Source: Candidatus Gottesmanbacteria bacterium (lineage in GTDB: Bacteria; Patescibacteriota; Microgenomatia; 2-02-FULL-39-11). Taken from it: a DNA stretch of 64,000 bases. Positions within the stretch are counted from its first letter, which is position 1. Every line of letters begins with the position of its first letter. The stretch spans positions 21,725 through 85,724 of the forward strand of contig JACPZE010000020.1 in the NCBI GenBank assembly GCA_016195685.1. Reading direction: 5' to 3'. The notes beneath the pieces are model-generated. The model saw only the letters and a list, made by a program, of their open reading frames with translations. It made no database searches and was not told the DNA's origin. Of this stretch, positions 29,816-38,780 are shown piece by piece. The position numbers were made by a program, and so were the translations under genes.

Positions 29816-30532
29816 ATGACTGAATATAATCAGATAGTTAAATCAATAACTGAATTTATCAATCAATATACAGAAATGAATATCAAAGCTGTCGTGATGC
29901 ATTGTCCTTATTGGATAAACAGATTAAAAGATGGAAAAGTTACTTTGAGAGGATTTGCTAATGGTAAAGGGGAAGCAAATGAAATCAGAGAAGAATTGGA
30001 AAGGCGATTGGATTATTTACCCCCCAATCTTAAATTTAATCTTACTGATGAGGCAATTAGAAAATTTGCCAGACGTGAGAAAATTGGTATAGATTGTTCG
30101 GGGTTTGTGTATCGGGTGATAGATGAATTGTTGCAACTTGGCTATGGTGATACAAAATATAAAAAGCTAGATGAAATTTTTACCGGTGGGATCAATAAAA
30201 CAAATGTAGAGAGATTAACAAGCGATGAATATTCTAGACGGGTTTCTGACATGAGAAATTATAAGATCGGAGATGTTATCAGGTTATGGGGAGGCAAACA
30301 TGCAGCAATAATAATAAACAATAATAAAAAAGAGATTTTATATGCTCATTCTTCGTGGCTAAGTACAAAAATACAAGGTGTACATACTTCCAGAATTCAA
30401 ATTATAGACGAAGGCAAAACTTTAGAAGAGCAAAGATGGATGGAAGAAACGAGAAAAGGAGAAAATTTCGGACAGAAATATTTTAATTCAGAAAAAGGTG
30501 ATGGAGTTTTCCGGCTGAAAATATTTAATTAA
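29816..30532 (+). CDS. NlpC/P60-like cysteine peptidase/amidase candidate
   Basis: GIDCSGFVYRV is a Cys catalytic motif, with downstream His positions (GKHAAII, YAHSS). The start is reassigned to the ATG at 29816, 2 bp after the PAP2 stop. The ORF-track start lies inside the upstream gene. Confidence 0.45.
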   Translation: MTEYNQIVKSITEFINQYTEMNIKAVVMHCPYWINRLKDGKVTLRGFANGKGEANEIREELERRLDYLPPNLKFNLTDEAIRKFARREKIGIDCSGFVYRVIDELLQLGYGDTKYKKLDEIFTGGINKTNVERLTSDEYSRRVSDMRNYKIGDVIRLWGGKHAAIIINNNKKEILYAHSSWLSTKIQGVHTSRIQIIDEGKTLEEQRWMEETRKGENFGQKYFNSEKGDGVFRLKIFN

Positions 30533-30533
30533 T

Positions 30534-31931
30534 ATGCACGAACTCATCTCAAAATTACAGGGAAAAAATATCCATATTGTAGGAGTCAGTGGTGCAGAAG
30601 GAAGTAATATTCTCAGATTCCTCGCCAAGCATAAAATTTCGGGTATTACCGCCCACGATTTTTCAAATAAAATTAGTTTGGAAAAAAACTTCAGACTTTG
30701 GCATAAAGGACTAATGCCACAGGAAAGAAATAAACAATACCAACAATTTAAGAATTATTTATCAAATGTAAAGTTAAATTTGGATAAATCATATCTATCT
30801 GACATCCAACAGGCAGATATAGTTTTCGTGCCGCAATCTTGGAGGCTATATAAAATGGAAAATTTGCCTCTTTTTAGTGTAGTCGGTAAAATTCCATTTT
30901 ATTCTTTAACTCGGCTCTATCTTGACTTTGCGCCTGCCAAAATTATTGCAGTGACAGGAACAGTAGGAAAGGGCAGTACAGCGAATATTATTTTCCAATT
31001 ACTAAATGCCAACGGTAAAAAAGCTTACTTTGCCGGGAATGATACTTGGATGGCTCAATTGGGAGATAAATTAGATGAAATGGCTAAAGATGATTTTCTT
31101 GTTTTGGAAATATCACATAGGCAGCTATTGGACGGATTCACCAAAGCTCCATATATGGTAGTGGTAACGAATCTTTATCCAAATCATCTGGATGAGGTGA
31201 GTTGGGAAGAATACATCAATTTAAAATTATCTTTGGTCAGAACACAGGAACAAAGAGGAATATCCATATTGAACTATGATATTCCCCAGTTACGTTTGGA
31301 TGGTAAATTAAAATCGAAAATATTTTATTTCAGCGTAAAAACACCGGAAAAGAATACAAAAAGTATTCAGAATATATATGATAAATTGTTGAATAATAAA
31401 AGTGATCAATATTTATCAAATTTGTTGGCAGGATTAACAGTTTTAGAAATATTAGGACAAACTTTAATCAAAGTACTTCCTCAATTACTAAAGATTAAAC
31501 CTTTACCGGCAAGAATAGATTTAATCGGAAAAATAAATGGAATTAATTTTTATGATGATATAAAAAGTACTACTCCGTGGGCTACTGTCGCTGCAGTAAA
31601 CAAACTTGGGGAAAATACAATCCTAATTTGTGGAGGAAAAACCAAAGGAATAGATTATAACGATTTTGCAAATAATTTGTTGAAGAGAGTAAAGTTTACA
31701 ATAATGATAAAAAGTGAATTAAGTGAGACTTTGGTTAAGTTAATGCCGGAAGGCAGTTTCATCCTCGAGAATGATTTAGCGAAAGCAATAAGTATTGCTT
31801 ATAAAAAAGCTATAGTTTCCGATAATATTTTACTTTCTCCAGGTGCTGGATTTTTTTATAGTGATTTTATCAAAGGAAAGAAGTCTTACCGGAAACTTAT
31901 TACTTCTCTTCTTCCAAAGGAGCAAGTTTGA
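30534..31931 (+). CDS. murD: Mur ligase family protein, MurD-like
   Basis: N-terminal Rossmann-like GxGxxG region (IHIVGVSGAEGSN). Mur ligase P-loop (IIAVTGTVGKGSTANI). Length of 465 aa and a MurD-like C-terminus. No other division/cell-wall (dcw) cluster genes are adjacent. Confidence 0.7.
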   Translation: MHELISKLQGKNIHIVGVSGAEGSNILRFLAKHKISGITAHDFSNKISLEKNFRLWHKGLMPQERNKQYQQFKNYLSNVKLNLDKSYLSDIQQADIVFVPQSWRLYKMENLPLFSVVGKIPFYSLTRLYLDFAPAKIIAVTGTVGKGSTANIIFQLLNANGKKAYFAGNDTWMAQLGDKLDEMAKDDFLVLEISHRQLLDGFTKAPYMVVVTNLYPNHLDEVSWEEYINLKLSLVRTQEQRGISILNYDIPQLRLDGKLKSKIFYFSVKTPEKNTKSIQNIYDKLLNNKSDQYLSNLLAGLTVLEILGQTLIKVLPQLLKIKPLPARIDLIGKINGINFYDDIKSTTPWATVAAVNKLGENTILICGGKTKGIDYNDFANNLLKRVKFTIMIKSELSETLVKLMPEGSFILENDLAKAISIAYKKAIVSDNILLSPGAGFFYSDFIKGKKSYRKLITSLLPKEQV

Positions 31932-32085
31932 GTGGATTGACTGATATAATTTCACATTCTACTCCGCAGGATGGACATTCTACTATTTTCCCGATATTTA
32001 TTCCTGTAGATAATTTTAGTGGAGTATCACATTCCGGGCAAACTGGAGCAAGCGTTGGGTTATTTGGACTGTCATCAGTAGTCAT
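31900..32085 (-). CDS. LysW-like zinc-ribbon protein (amino-group carrier protein-like), antisense and wedged between + strand genes
   Basis: 61-aa ORF. VCPECDTPLKL...GKIVECPSCGVECEIISVNPLKLAPLEEEK matches the LysW/ArgW layout (CPECG..L.L...GE.V.C..CG.ELEV....PL.L.P..EE) with two CxxC pairs. It lacks the canonical terminal EDWGE. Its 3' end overlaps the MurD-like gene's 3' end by 32 bp. Confidence 0.45.
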   Translation of the reverse strand: MTTDDSPNNPTLAPVCPECDTPLKLSTGINIGKIVECPSCGVECEIISVNPLKLAPLEEEK

Positions 32086-32115
32086 ATATAATTATCTAAT
32101 TAAACCATATTTGTT

Positions 32116-32976
32116 ATGATCAGACAAGATTTAATCACATTGGGTGAAGGTAATACTCCGCTTGTTGAAGTAAACGGTATCTATTTCAAATGTGAATTCA
32201 AAAATCCAACCGGATCGCATAAAGATAGGGCATTTGCCCTACAAGTATCTAATATTAAAGAAAAAGGAATAAAAAAAGCAGTAATATCATCTTCCGGCAA
32301 TGCGGCGATTTCTGCAGCTAATTATTGCAAACTGGCAGGTATTGCACTTACTGTTTTCGTTTCACCCCATATCAACAAAAAAAAGCTTCAGATATTAGAA
32401 AATTTAGATTGCGTAGTTATCAAATCTAATAGGCCTGTGAGCGATTCAATAAAATATGCCCAAAAAGGAGAAATATATAATCTGAGACAATCAACTGATA
32501 TAAATGCTGTTATCGGATATGAGTCGATCGCTAGTGAAATCATAGATAGCAAAATATCGCCGGACGCAATTTTTTTACCTGTAAGTAGTGGGACTACTCT
32601 CATAGGTATTGCTAATGGCTTTAAGAATTCAAAATACAAAATACCCGTCCACGCAGTCCAAACAGATCTTGTGCATCCGATTACTGGAATTTTTGATAAA
32701 GATTTTCCTAAGTCAGATGAAAAGAGTATGGCAGATGCAATTGTCGCCAGATACACCCCAAGGGAGGCTGAAGTGGTAAATATGATCAAGCAAACTGGCG
32801 GGTGGGGATGGGTGATCACTAATGAGGAGATGGAAAAGGGTAGAGTATGGTTATACTCTCACGACTTGGATTGTTCTTATGAAGGAGCAGCAACTCTTGC
32901 AGCTTTGTGGAAAGCAACAAAATACGGATACATATATGCCCATCCAGTGTGTATATTAACAGGAAAGTTTTACTAA
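32116..32976 (+). CDS. fold-type II PLP-dependent enzyme (threonine synthase/cysteine synthase/racemase-like), short form
   Basis: N-terminal GEGNTPL and the PLP-lysine motif NPTGSHKDR. Glycine-rich SSGN and SSGTT loops. At 286 aa it is shorter than threonine synthase. Confidence 0.7.
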   Translation: MIRQDLITLGEGNTPLVEVNGIYFKCEFKNPTGSHKDRAFALQVSNIKEKGIKKAVISSSGNAAISAANYCKLAGIALTVFVSPHINKKKLQILENLDCVVIKSNRPVSDSIKYAQKGEIYNLRQSTDINAVIGYESIASEIIDSKISPDAIFLPVSSGTTLIGIANGFKNSKYKIPVHAVQTDLVHPITGIFDKDFPKSDEKSMADAIVARYTPREAEVVNMIKQTGGWGWVITNEEMEKGRVWLYSHDLDCSYEGAATLAALWKATKYGYIYAHPVCILTGKFY

Positions 32977-32980
32977 AAAT

Positions 32981-34297
32981 ATGACTGACTGGAAGAAATA
33001 TTTTTCTGACGATAATATTTTTTTTGTGACTCCGGATGTAAAAAGAGGTCTTGGGTTCACCGGAATCCTGTCCCAATATCATATTATTTGTACAGACCTT
33101 GATCCGATAATCCCTGCGTTAAGAATTCAGGGGGCAAAGATATTTTGTCTGGAAGAGGAAGGAAGTGTTGATGTCAGTGAGATGCGTAATTCCGGTAAAT
33201 TACTGGAAAACTTACGGGTTTTGGAATATATAAAAAATAATTCCAAGGGTGCTCCGAAAGTTATGTATTTTAAACCATCGCTGAAGATCGATTCACTAGT
33301 AAAGCTTCATGGATTTACTCCGATCGGTAACAATACCGCATTAAACGAATTATTTGAAGATAAAGTCAGTTTCGCCCAAATTGCTAAGAATATTTTTCCT
33401 GATTATTTATTGCCTAGTATTTCGGGAATTTTAGGAGAACTTAATTATCCAGATTTATATGGAAAGTTGAGTTCTCCGCTAGTATTGCAGTTTGGGCATG
33501 GATGGGCCGGGAAAACTACGTTTTTTATAAACGGTGAAGAAGAATTTGAAATATTATCGCAAAAATTTCCCTATACAAAAGTAAAAATAAGCAAATTCAT
33601 AGAGGGATTTACCGTATTAAATAATTGTTGTTTATATCAAGGCCAAATATATATAAGTAGTCCAGCAGTACAGATAGATGGAATAGAAGAACTTGGAAGT
33701 AAACCAGGAGCGACCTGCGGCAGACAATGGCCGGCAAAATTTATTACAAATGCTCAAGTATCCCAAATCGAAGTCATTTCACGAAATTTAGGGAAACTGA
33801 TGAACGAAAAAGGCTTCAGAGGATTTTTGGGAATTGATTTTCTGATAGAAGAGAAGACCGGAAAAATTTATTTATCTGAAGTTAACGCCAGAATGACCGC
33901 ATCATCAGCTTTTTATACACTACTAGAAATAGGTTCAGGTAGTATTCCTCTTTTGGCCTATCATATGGCTGAATTTCTGGGAAAATCTATAAAGGATAAA
34001 TTTGAAGAGAATAATAATTTAGTTGGTTCTCAAGTGATTATGCGAAGCGGAAGAAGTTTAACAAATGTCGATAGTCATTTATTCGGAGTATTTAAATATG
34101 AAAATAATCGGACAAAGTTTATAAGAGACGAATATTATCCTAATAAACTCAGGGACGGTGAATATATTTTTATGGGAAAAAGATTAAAAGAAGGAAATTC
34201 TACAGATGAATTCGCCAGAATTGAGACAAAATACGAGATTTTAGAAAAGCCTAGGAAATTTAATAAACAATTCAAAAGGATAATCAATAATTATTAA
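32981..34297 (+). CDS. ATP-grasp superfamily carboxylate-amine ligase
   Basis: C-terminal ATP-grasp core (GFRGFLGIDFLIEEKTGKIYLSEVNARMTAS). 438 aa with a ~150-aa N-terminal extension. Confidence 0.65.
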   Translation: MTDWKKYFSDDNIFFVTPDVKRGLGFTGILSQYHIICTDLDPIIPALRIQGAKIFCLEEEGSVDVSEMRNSGKLLENLRVLEYIKNNSKGAPKVMYFKPSLKIDSLVKLHGFTPIGNNTALNELFEDKVSFAQIAKNIFPDYLLPSISGILGELNYPDLYGKLSSPLVLQFGHGWAGKTTFFINGEEEFEILSQKFPYTKVKISKFIEGFTVLNNCCLYQGQIYISSPAVQIDGIEELGSKPGATCGRQWPAKFITNAQVSQIEVISRNLGKLMNEKGFRGFLGIDFLIEEKTGKIYLSEVNARMTASSAFYTLLEIGSGSIPLLAYHMAEFLGKSIKDKFEENNNLVGSQVIMRSGRSLTNVDSHLFGVFKYENNRTKFIRDEYYPNKLRDGEYIFMGKRLKEGNSTDEFARIETKYEILEKPRKFNKQFKRIINNY

Positions 34298-34299
34298 AA

Positions 34300-35574
34300 T
34301 TATTTTTTGATTAAACCTCCGATCATAAGTACTACTGCAATGGTCATAAAGACAAAAGTTATCCAAGCGATAATTTTACTTACCTTATTTGTTCTATGAA
34401 GGCCTACAATTCTTTTATCGTCAGCTAACCTAATGATTATAGCAATTAAAGGAACAGCGATTATGCCATTAAGTATTGCGCTGTAATAAAGAGCTTTTAT
34501 GGCGTTAATACCTAAGAGATTCATAAGGGCGCCAATCGTTGTAGCGAAACCGATAGTTGCGTAAAATGCCTTTGCCTCCGTAAATTTTTTCGCTAGTCCT
34601 TCTTTAAAACCAAAACTTTCGGCAAAGGCATAAGCGGCGCTCCCCGCGAGGACGGGTACAGACTGTAAACCAATACCGATGATACCGAAAGTAAAAAGTA
34701 GATAAGCAGAATCTCCGGCTAAGGGTCGCAATGATAACGCTACTTGTTGTGGAGTCTCGATATCATGGATACCGTTTCGGAATAGTGTTGCACTTGTAGT
34801 AAGAAGAATGGCAAAAGCTATCAGATTGGAAAAAATCATCCCGGCTGCGGTATCTTTTTGCATGTGATGAATCTCTTCTTTTAAAATAGTCGGAGACTCT
34901 TCAAATTCCGTGATTTTTCCTTCTTTTATTTCTTCTTCTACTTCCTGGGATGCCTGCCAAAAGAAAAGATACGGAGATATGGTAGTACCCAAGAATCCAA
35001 CCAAGATCATGACGTACTTGATATTGAATTCGATATGAGGGATAAAAGTATATTTGATAACTGATAACCAGTCTTGTTTTACTATCAATGCAGTTATTCC
35101 GTAACCTAATAAGGTAAGCCCCATCCATTTAAGGTAACGAGAATATTTATCGTACGAAACAAATATTTCTAAAAATATAGTAAAAACGGTTACGAAAATA
35201 AGCCAAAAAAAGAATGGCAGTCTAAGTACCATCTGCATAGAAGCAGCCATGATTCCGAGATCCGCTCCAATATTTATAGTATTGGCAATGATAAGAAGCG
35301 ATAAGGCAAAAATAAGAAGTTTCTTTGAATAATATTTTCTGATACTGCCGGCAAGTCCCATACCAGATACCATGCCTATTCTGCCGCACATTTCTTGGAC
35401 TGAGATCATCATCGGCGTAAGAAATAAAGTAAGCCAATTCAATGAATATCCAAATTGAGCTCCGGCTATAGAGTAAGTGGCGACACCAGAAGGATCATCG
35501 TCTGCAGCTCCTGTGACAAAACCAGGACCAAGTCTAGCAAATTTACTGGCGATGAGCCTGATTATCTTTCTCAT
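34300..35574 (-). CDS. mntH: NRAMP-family divalent metal (Mn2+/Fe2+) transporter
   Basis: [20 protein letters not shown] is the Nramp DPGN-type motif. About 11 TM helices. Confidence 0.85.
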   Translation of the reverse strand: MRKIIRLIASKFARLGPGFVTGAADDDPSGVATYSIAGAQFGYSLNWLTLFLTPMMISVQEMCGRIGMVSGMGLAGSIRKYYSKKLLIFALSLLIIANTINIGADLGIMAASMQMVLRLPFFFWLIFVTVFTIFLEIFVSYDKYSRYLKWMGLTLLGYGITALIVKQDWLSVIKYTFIPHIEFNIKYVMILVGFLGTTISPYLFFWQASQEVEEEIKEGKITEFEESPTILKEEIHHMQKDTAAGMIFSNLIAFAILLTTSATLFRNGIHDIETPQQVALSLRPLAGDSAYLLFTFGIIGIGLQSVPVLAGSAAYAFAESFGFKEGLAKKFTEAKAFYATIGFATTIGALMNLLGINAIKALYYSAILNGIIAVPLIAIIIRLADDKRIVGLHRTNKVSKIIAWITFVFMTIAVVLMIGGLIKK

Positions 35575-35662
35575 TTATACACTACAGTCTACTCCCGTAA
35601 GTTTCACAATTTCAAGAGGATATTTTGCAAACTCCATTGTACTTGCTAGCAGGAGCTTAAAT

Positions 35663-36700
35663 ATGAGAAAATTAGACTCTATGGAAGAAGGATTAAGTAA
35701 CAGACTTGCGGAAGTTATCCTAAAGCTTAATATTACAAATAAACTAGAGCGCATTGCCCAAATAGAAAAAGATACGGCTGACCCTAACTTTTGGCAAAAT
35801 CCAGAAAAATCAACCGTAGCGATGAAAGAACTGGCATATTTAACAAAGCAAGTGAAGATCGTTGAGGAAGTGAAACAGCTTATCGAGGCTGGAAATCTTG
35901 ACCTGGCAGCGAAAGAGTTGGATGATCTGGAATTCGACTTATATTTTTCCGGGCCACATGATACAGATGGGGCAATACTTTCTATCCATGCAGGGCAGGG
36001 TGGTACAGAAGCTATGGATTGGTCTGAAATGCTTATGAGGATGTATATGCGTTTTGTTGAAAGAAGAAGTTGGAAGAGTGACGTGATAGATAAAATTCCC
36101 GGAGATGAAGCAGGTATAAAAAGTGTAACCCTAAACATAAATGAACCTTTAGCTTATGGATATCTTAAAAGTGAAGCCGGTGCTCATAGATTAGTCCGGC
36201 AATCTCCATTTAATGCAGATAAATTGAGGCAAACATCATTTGCTTTAGTGGAAGTAGTACCAATTATAGATGATACACAGGAAGTGGAGATAAAAGATGA
36301 CGAGCTAGAATGGGAATTTTATCGAAGTGGAGGTAAAGGTGGTCAAAATGTAAATAAAGTTTCTACTGCTGTGCGACTAACGCATAAACCGACTGGACTG
36401 ATAGTAGAATGTCAGGAGCAAAGATACCAAGGGCAAAATAGGGAAACTGCCCTTCGACTACTCAGGGGTAAACTTTGGCAAATGATGAATGATCAAAAAG
36501 TGAAGCATTTATCAGAATTAAAAGGCAAGTTCAAATTAGCTTCGTGGGGTAACCAGATCCGTTCTTATGTTTTGCATCCTTACCATATGGTAAAAGACCT
36601 ACGCACCGGATATGAAACCAGTAATACAAAAGATGTTTTGGACGGACAACTTGATGAATTGATGATCGCCTACTTGAAAAAATTTATCAATGTCGTATAG
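35663..36700 (+). CDS. prfB: peptide chain release factor 2
   Basis: SPF motif (QSPFNA) and GGQ motif ([12 protein letters not shown]). The start is reassigned to the ATG at 35663 after AGGAG. The ORF-track N-terminal extension overlaps the NRAMP gene and looks non-coding. One continuous frame of 346 aa, with no programmed +1 frameshift site. Confidence 0.88.
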   Translation: MRKLDSMEEGLSNRLAEVILKLNITNKLERIAQIEKDTADPNFWQNPEKSTVAMKELAYLTKQVKIVEEVKQLIEAGNLDLAAKELDDLEFDLYFSGPHDTDGAILSIHAGQGGTEAMDWSEMLMRMYMRFVERRSWKSDVIDKIPGDEAGIKSVTLNINEPLAYGYLKSEAGAHRLVRQSPFNADKLRQTSFALVEVVPIIDDTQEVEIKDDELEWEFYRSGGKGGQNVNKVSTAVRLTHKPTGLIVECQEQRYQGQNRETALRLLRGKLWQMMNDQKVKHLSELKGKFKLASWGNQIRSYVLHPYHMVKDLRTGYETSNTKDVLDGQLDELMIAYLKKFINVV

Positions 36701-36708
36701 TAAGAGAT

Positions 36709-37182
36709 ATGAATAACTCAAGTCCCAGCAAAAAAATAGATTTGGCAGATTTACCTGACGAAAAACTGGTACATAATTTAGACGGGGATCAAAAATCTAT
36801 GCCTAAGCAAATAGTTTTAGGAGCTGTTGTCATAATACTTGCAGGTCTTTTGACGGGATATTTTCTTTCTGGATCTCTTTCGAAAAAAATTTCTTCTTCA
36901 GTTTCTAATTCTTTCCCAGGATCCTTGGGAAAAACAGTCGGATCCACAGATACAAAAACTTTTCCAGACTCGGCAGAGGGAAATCTTGAAGCTGGTGGAT
37001 TAAATGGTGAAGGTACACATAAATTAGTAAGACCGGGTGGTGAAAGTCAAACGGTCTATCTTACTTCATCAGTTTTGGACCTAAATCAATTCGTAGGTAA
37101 AAAGGTAAAAGTTTGGGGTCAAACATTTTCTGCTAAAAAAGCAGGTTGGTTGATGGATGTTGGTAGAGTTGAAGTTTTATGA
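36709..37182 (+). CDS. membrane-anchored hypothetical protein
   Basis: One TM helix and a Ser/Gly-rich linker. Precedes ftsE with a 4-bp overlap. Confidence 0.4.
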   Translation: MNNSSPSKKIDLADLPDEKLVHNLDGDQKSMPKQIVLGAVVIILAGLLTGYFLSGSLSKKISSSVSNSFPGSLGKTVGSTDTKTFPDSAEGNLEAGGLNGEGTHKLVRPGGESQTVYLTSSVLDLNQFVGKKVKVWGQTFSAKKAGWLMDVGRVEVL

Positions 37183-37856
37183 TCGTCTTTAACGACGTTA
37201 GTAAAAAATACTCCGCAAATGTAGTTGCTCTTCATGAAATAAACCTCACAATTTCGGATGGTGAGTTTGTTTTTCTGGTCGGCTCATCCGGTGCTGGAAA
37301 AACTACCATGTTGAGATTGGTTTTCGGAGATTTAATTCCTACAAAAGGCTCTGTATTTGTAGATGATTGGGAAGTGAATAAACTAAAATCCAATCTTATC
37401 CCATTACTTCGACGCAAGGTTGGTTTTGTATTCCAGGATTTTAAATTGCTTTCTGATAGAACGGTATATGAAAATATTGCAGTCGCTTTGGAAATTTTAG
37501 GTAGAACTAAAAAAGAAATGGATAAGCGTATAAATGAAGTATTGGAAATAGTAAGTCTTGTTGGCAAAGCAAATTATTTTCCACGCCAAATGTCTTGGGG
37601 AGAGCAACAAAGAGTGGCTATCGGACGTGCAATTGCCGGAGAAGCAAAAATACTTTTGGCAGATGAACCTACAGGTAATCTTGATCCTAAAACATCTTGG
37701 GAGATACTAAAAATTATTGATAAGATAAATAAAGATGGAACTTCTGTCATCATGGCTACGCACAATGTAGATATTGTGGATAGTATGAAAAAAAGAGTGA
37801 TTGAAATTTATAATGGACGGATAGTCCGGGATGAAAAAAAGAGCAAATATTCATAA
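37179..37856 (+). CDS. ftsE: cell-division ABC ATPase FtsE
   Basis: Walker A (GSSGAGKTT), ABC signature and Walker B (LLADEPTGNLD). It directly precedes ftsX. Confidence 0.88.
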   Translation: MIVFNDVSKKYSANVVALHEINLTISDGEFVFLVGSSGAGKTTMLRLVFGDLIPTKGSVFVDDWEVNKLKSNLIPLLRRKVGFVFQDFKLLSDRTVYENIAVALEILGRTKKEMDKRINEVLEIVSLVGKANYFPRQMSWGEQQRVAIGRAIAGEAKILLADEPTGNLDPKTSWEILKIIDKINKDGTSVIMATHNVDIVDSMKKRVIEIYNGRIVRDEKKSKYS

Positions 37857-37859
37857 TTT

Positions 37860-38768
37860 ATGGCTTCAACTATATCTTTTTGGCAAAGAATAAGGCGTAC
37901 TCCATACCAGGCTGTGGCTTCTGTATTCATGATCTTCATGACATTGTTTGTACTTGCGGTTTTTTTCCTTTTGGCTGGCGGTCTTTCATCCTTACTATCT
38001 TATTTTGAAACTAAACCCCAGTTAACAGTCTTTTTCAAAGATGAGAAAAGCAAAGCCTCTGTAAATGAACTCATCGGAAAACTTCAAACAACAGGGAAGG
38101 TAGCAAGTTATCAATATATTTCAAAAGATCAGGCTCTGGCGATTTATAGGGAACAAAACAAAAATGACCCTCTTCTTTTAGAAATGGTTACCGCGGATAT
38201 ATTACCTTCTTCTTTGGAAATTTCTGCAACTTCACCGCAATATCTTGTTGAACTTTCTGATATGGCAAAAAAAGAAACCGCTATAGACGAAGTTGTTTTC
38301 CAAAAAGATGTTGTAGATACATTGGTATCTTGGACTTCAACAATTCGGAAAATAGGTTTAGTCTTTTTGGTATTTCTTATTTCCTCAACAATTTTTATAC
38401 TTTTAACAAGTGTAGGTATGAAGATTGCTCTTAAAAAAGAGGAAATTGAGATACTCAAACTTGTGGGAGCAACATCTTGGTATATAAGAAAACCTTTTAT
38501 TTATGAAGGTGTTACGTATGGGATAGTAGGAGCATGTTTGTCTTTCCTGGTAGTTTCGGGAATTATGCTTTATCTTCAGCCTTTTATCACTTCATTCTTG
38601 AAGGGAATCCCTGCTCTTTCTTTGTTGCATGTCTTTGGTATCAATATCATAATTTGGCCACCATCATTAATCCTCTTTATAATTTTGTGGGCAATATTAA
38701 CAATTGCTGGATTCCTTATCGGTCTTTGTGGAAGTAGTCTAGCCGTCTCTCGCTACCTAAAAAATTAA
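37860..38768 (+). CDS. ftsX: cell-division permease-like protein FtsX
   Basis: FtsX topology: one TM helix, a large extracellular domain, then three C-terminal TM helices. Confidence 0.8.
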   Translation: MASTISFWQRIRRTPYQAVASVFMIFMTLFVLAVFFLLAGGLSSLLSYFETKPQLTVFFKDEKSKASVNELIGKLQTTGKVASYQYISKDQALAIYREQNKNDPLLLEMVTADILPSSLEISATSPQYLVELSDMAKKETAIDEVVFQKDVVDTLVSWTSTIRKIGLVFLVFLISSTIFILLTSVGMKIALKKEEIEILKLVGATSWYIRKPFIYEGVTYGIVGACLSFLVVSGIMLYLQPFITSFLKGIPALSLLHVFGINIIIWPPSLILFIILWAILTIAGFLIGLCGSSLAVSRYLKN

Positions 38769-38780
38769 TTTTCGTCTTTT

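Noticed and set aside
31928-32119. 63-aa + strand ORF overlapping the LysW-like gene
   Set aside because: It is the mirror frame of the - strand zinc-ribbon ORF. It has no family resemblance and sits in the 30-bp gap before the well-supported PLP-enzyme start at 32116.
35477-35662. N-terminal 62-aa extension of prfB in the ORF track
   Set aside because: The extension overlaps the NRAMP gene on the opposite strand and has non-protein-like composition. The conserved RF2 N-terminus begins at the ATG at 35663, which has a ribosome-binding site.
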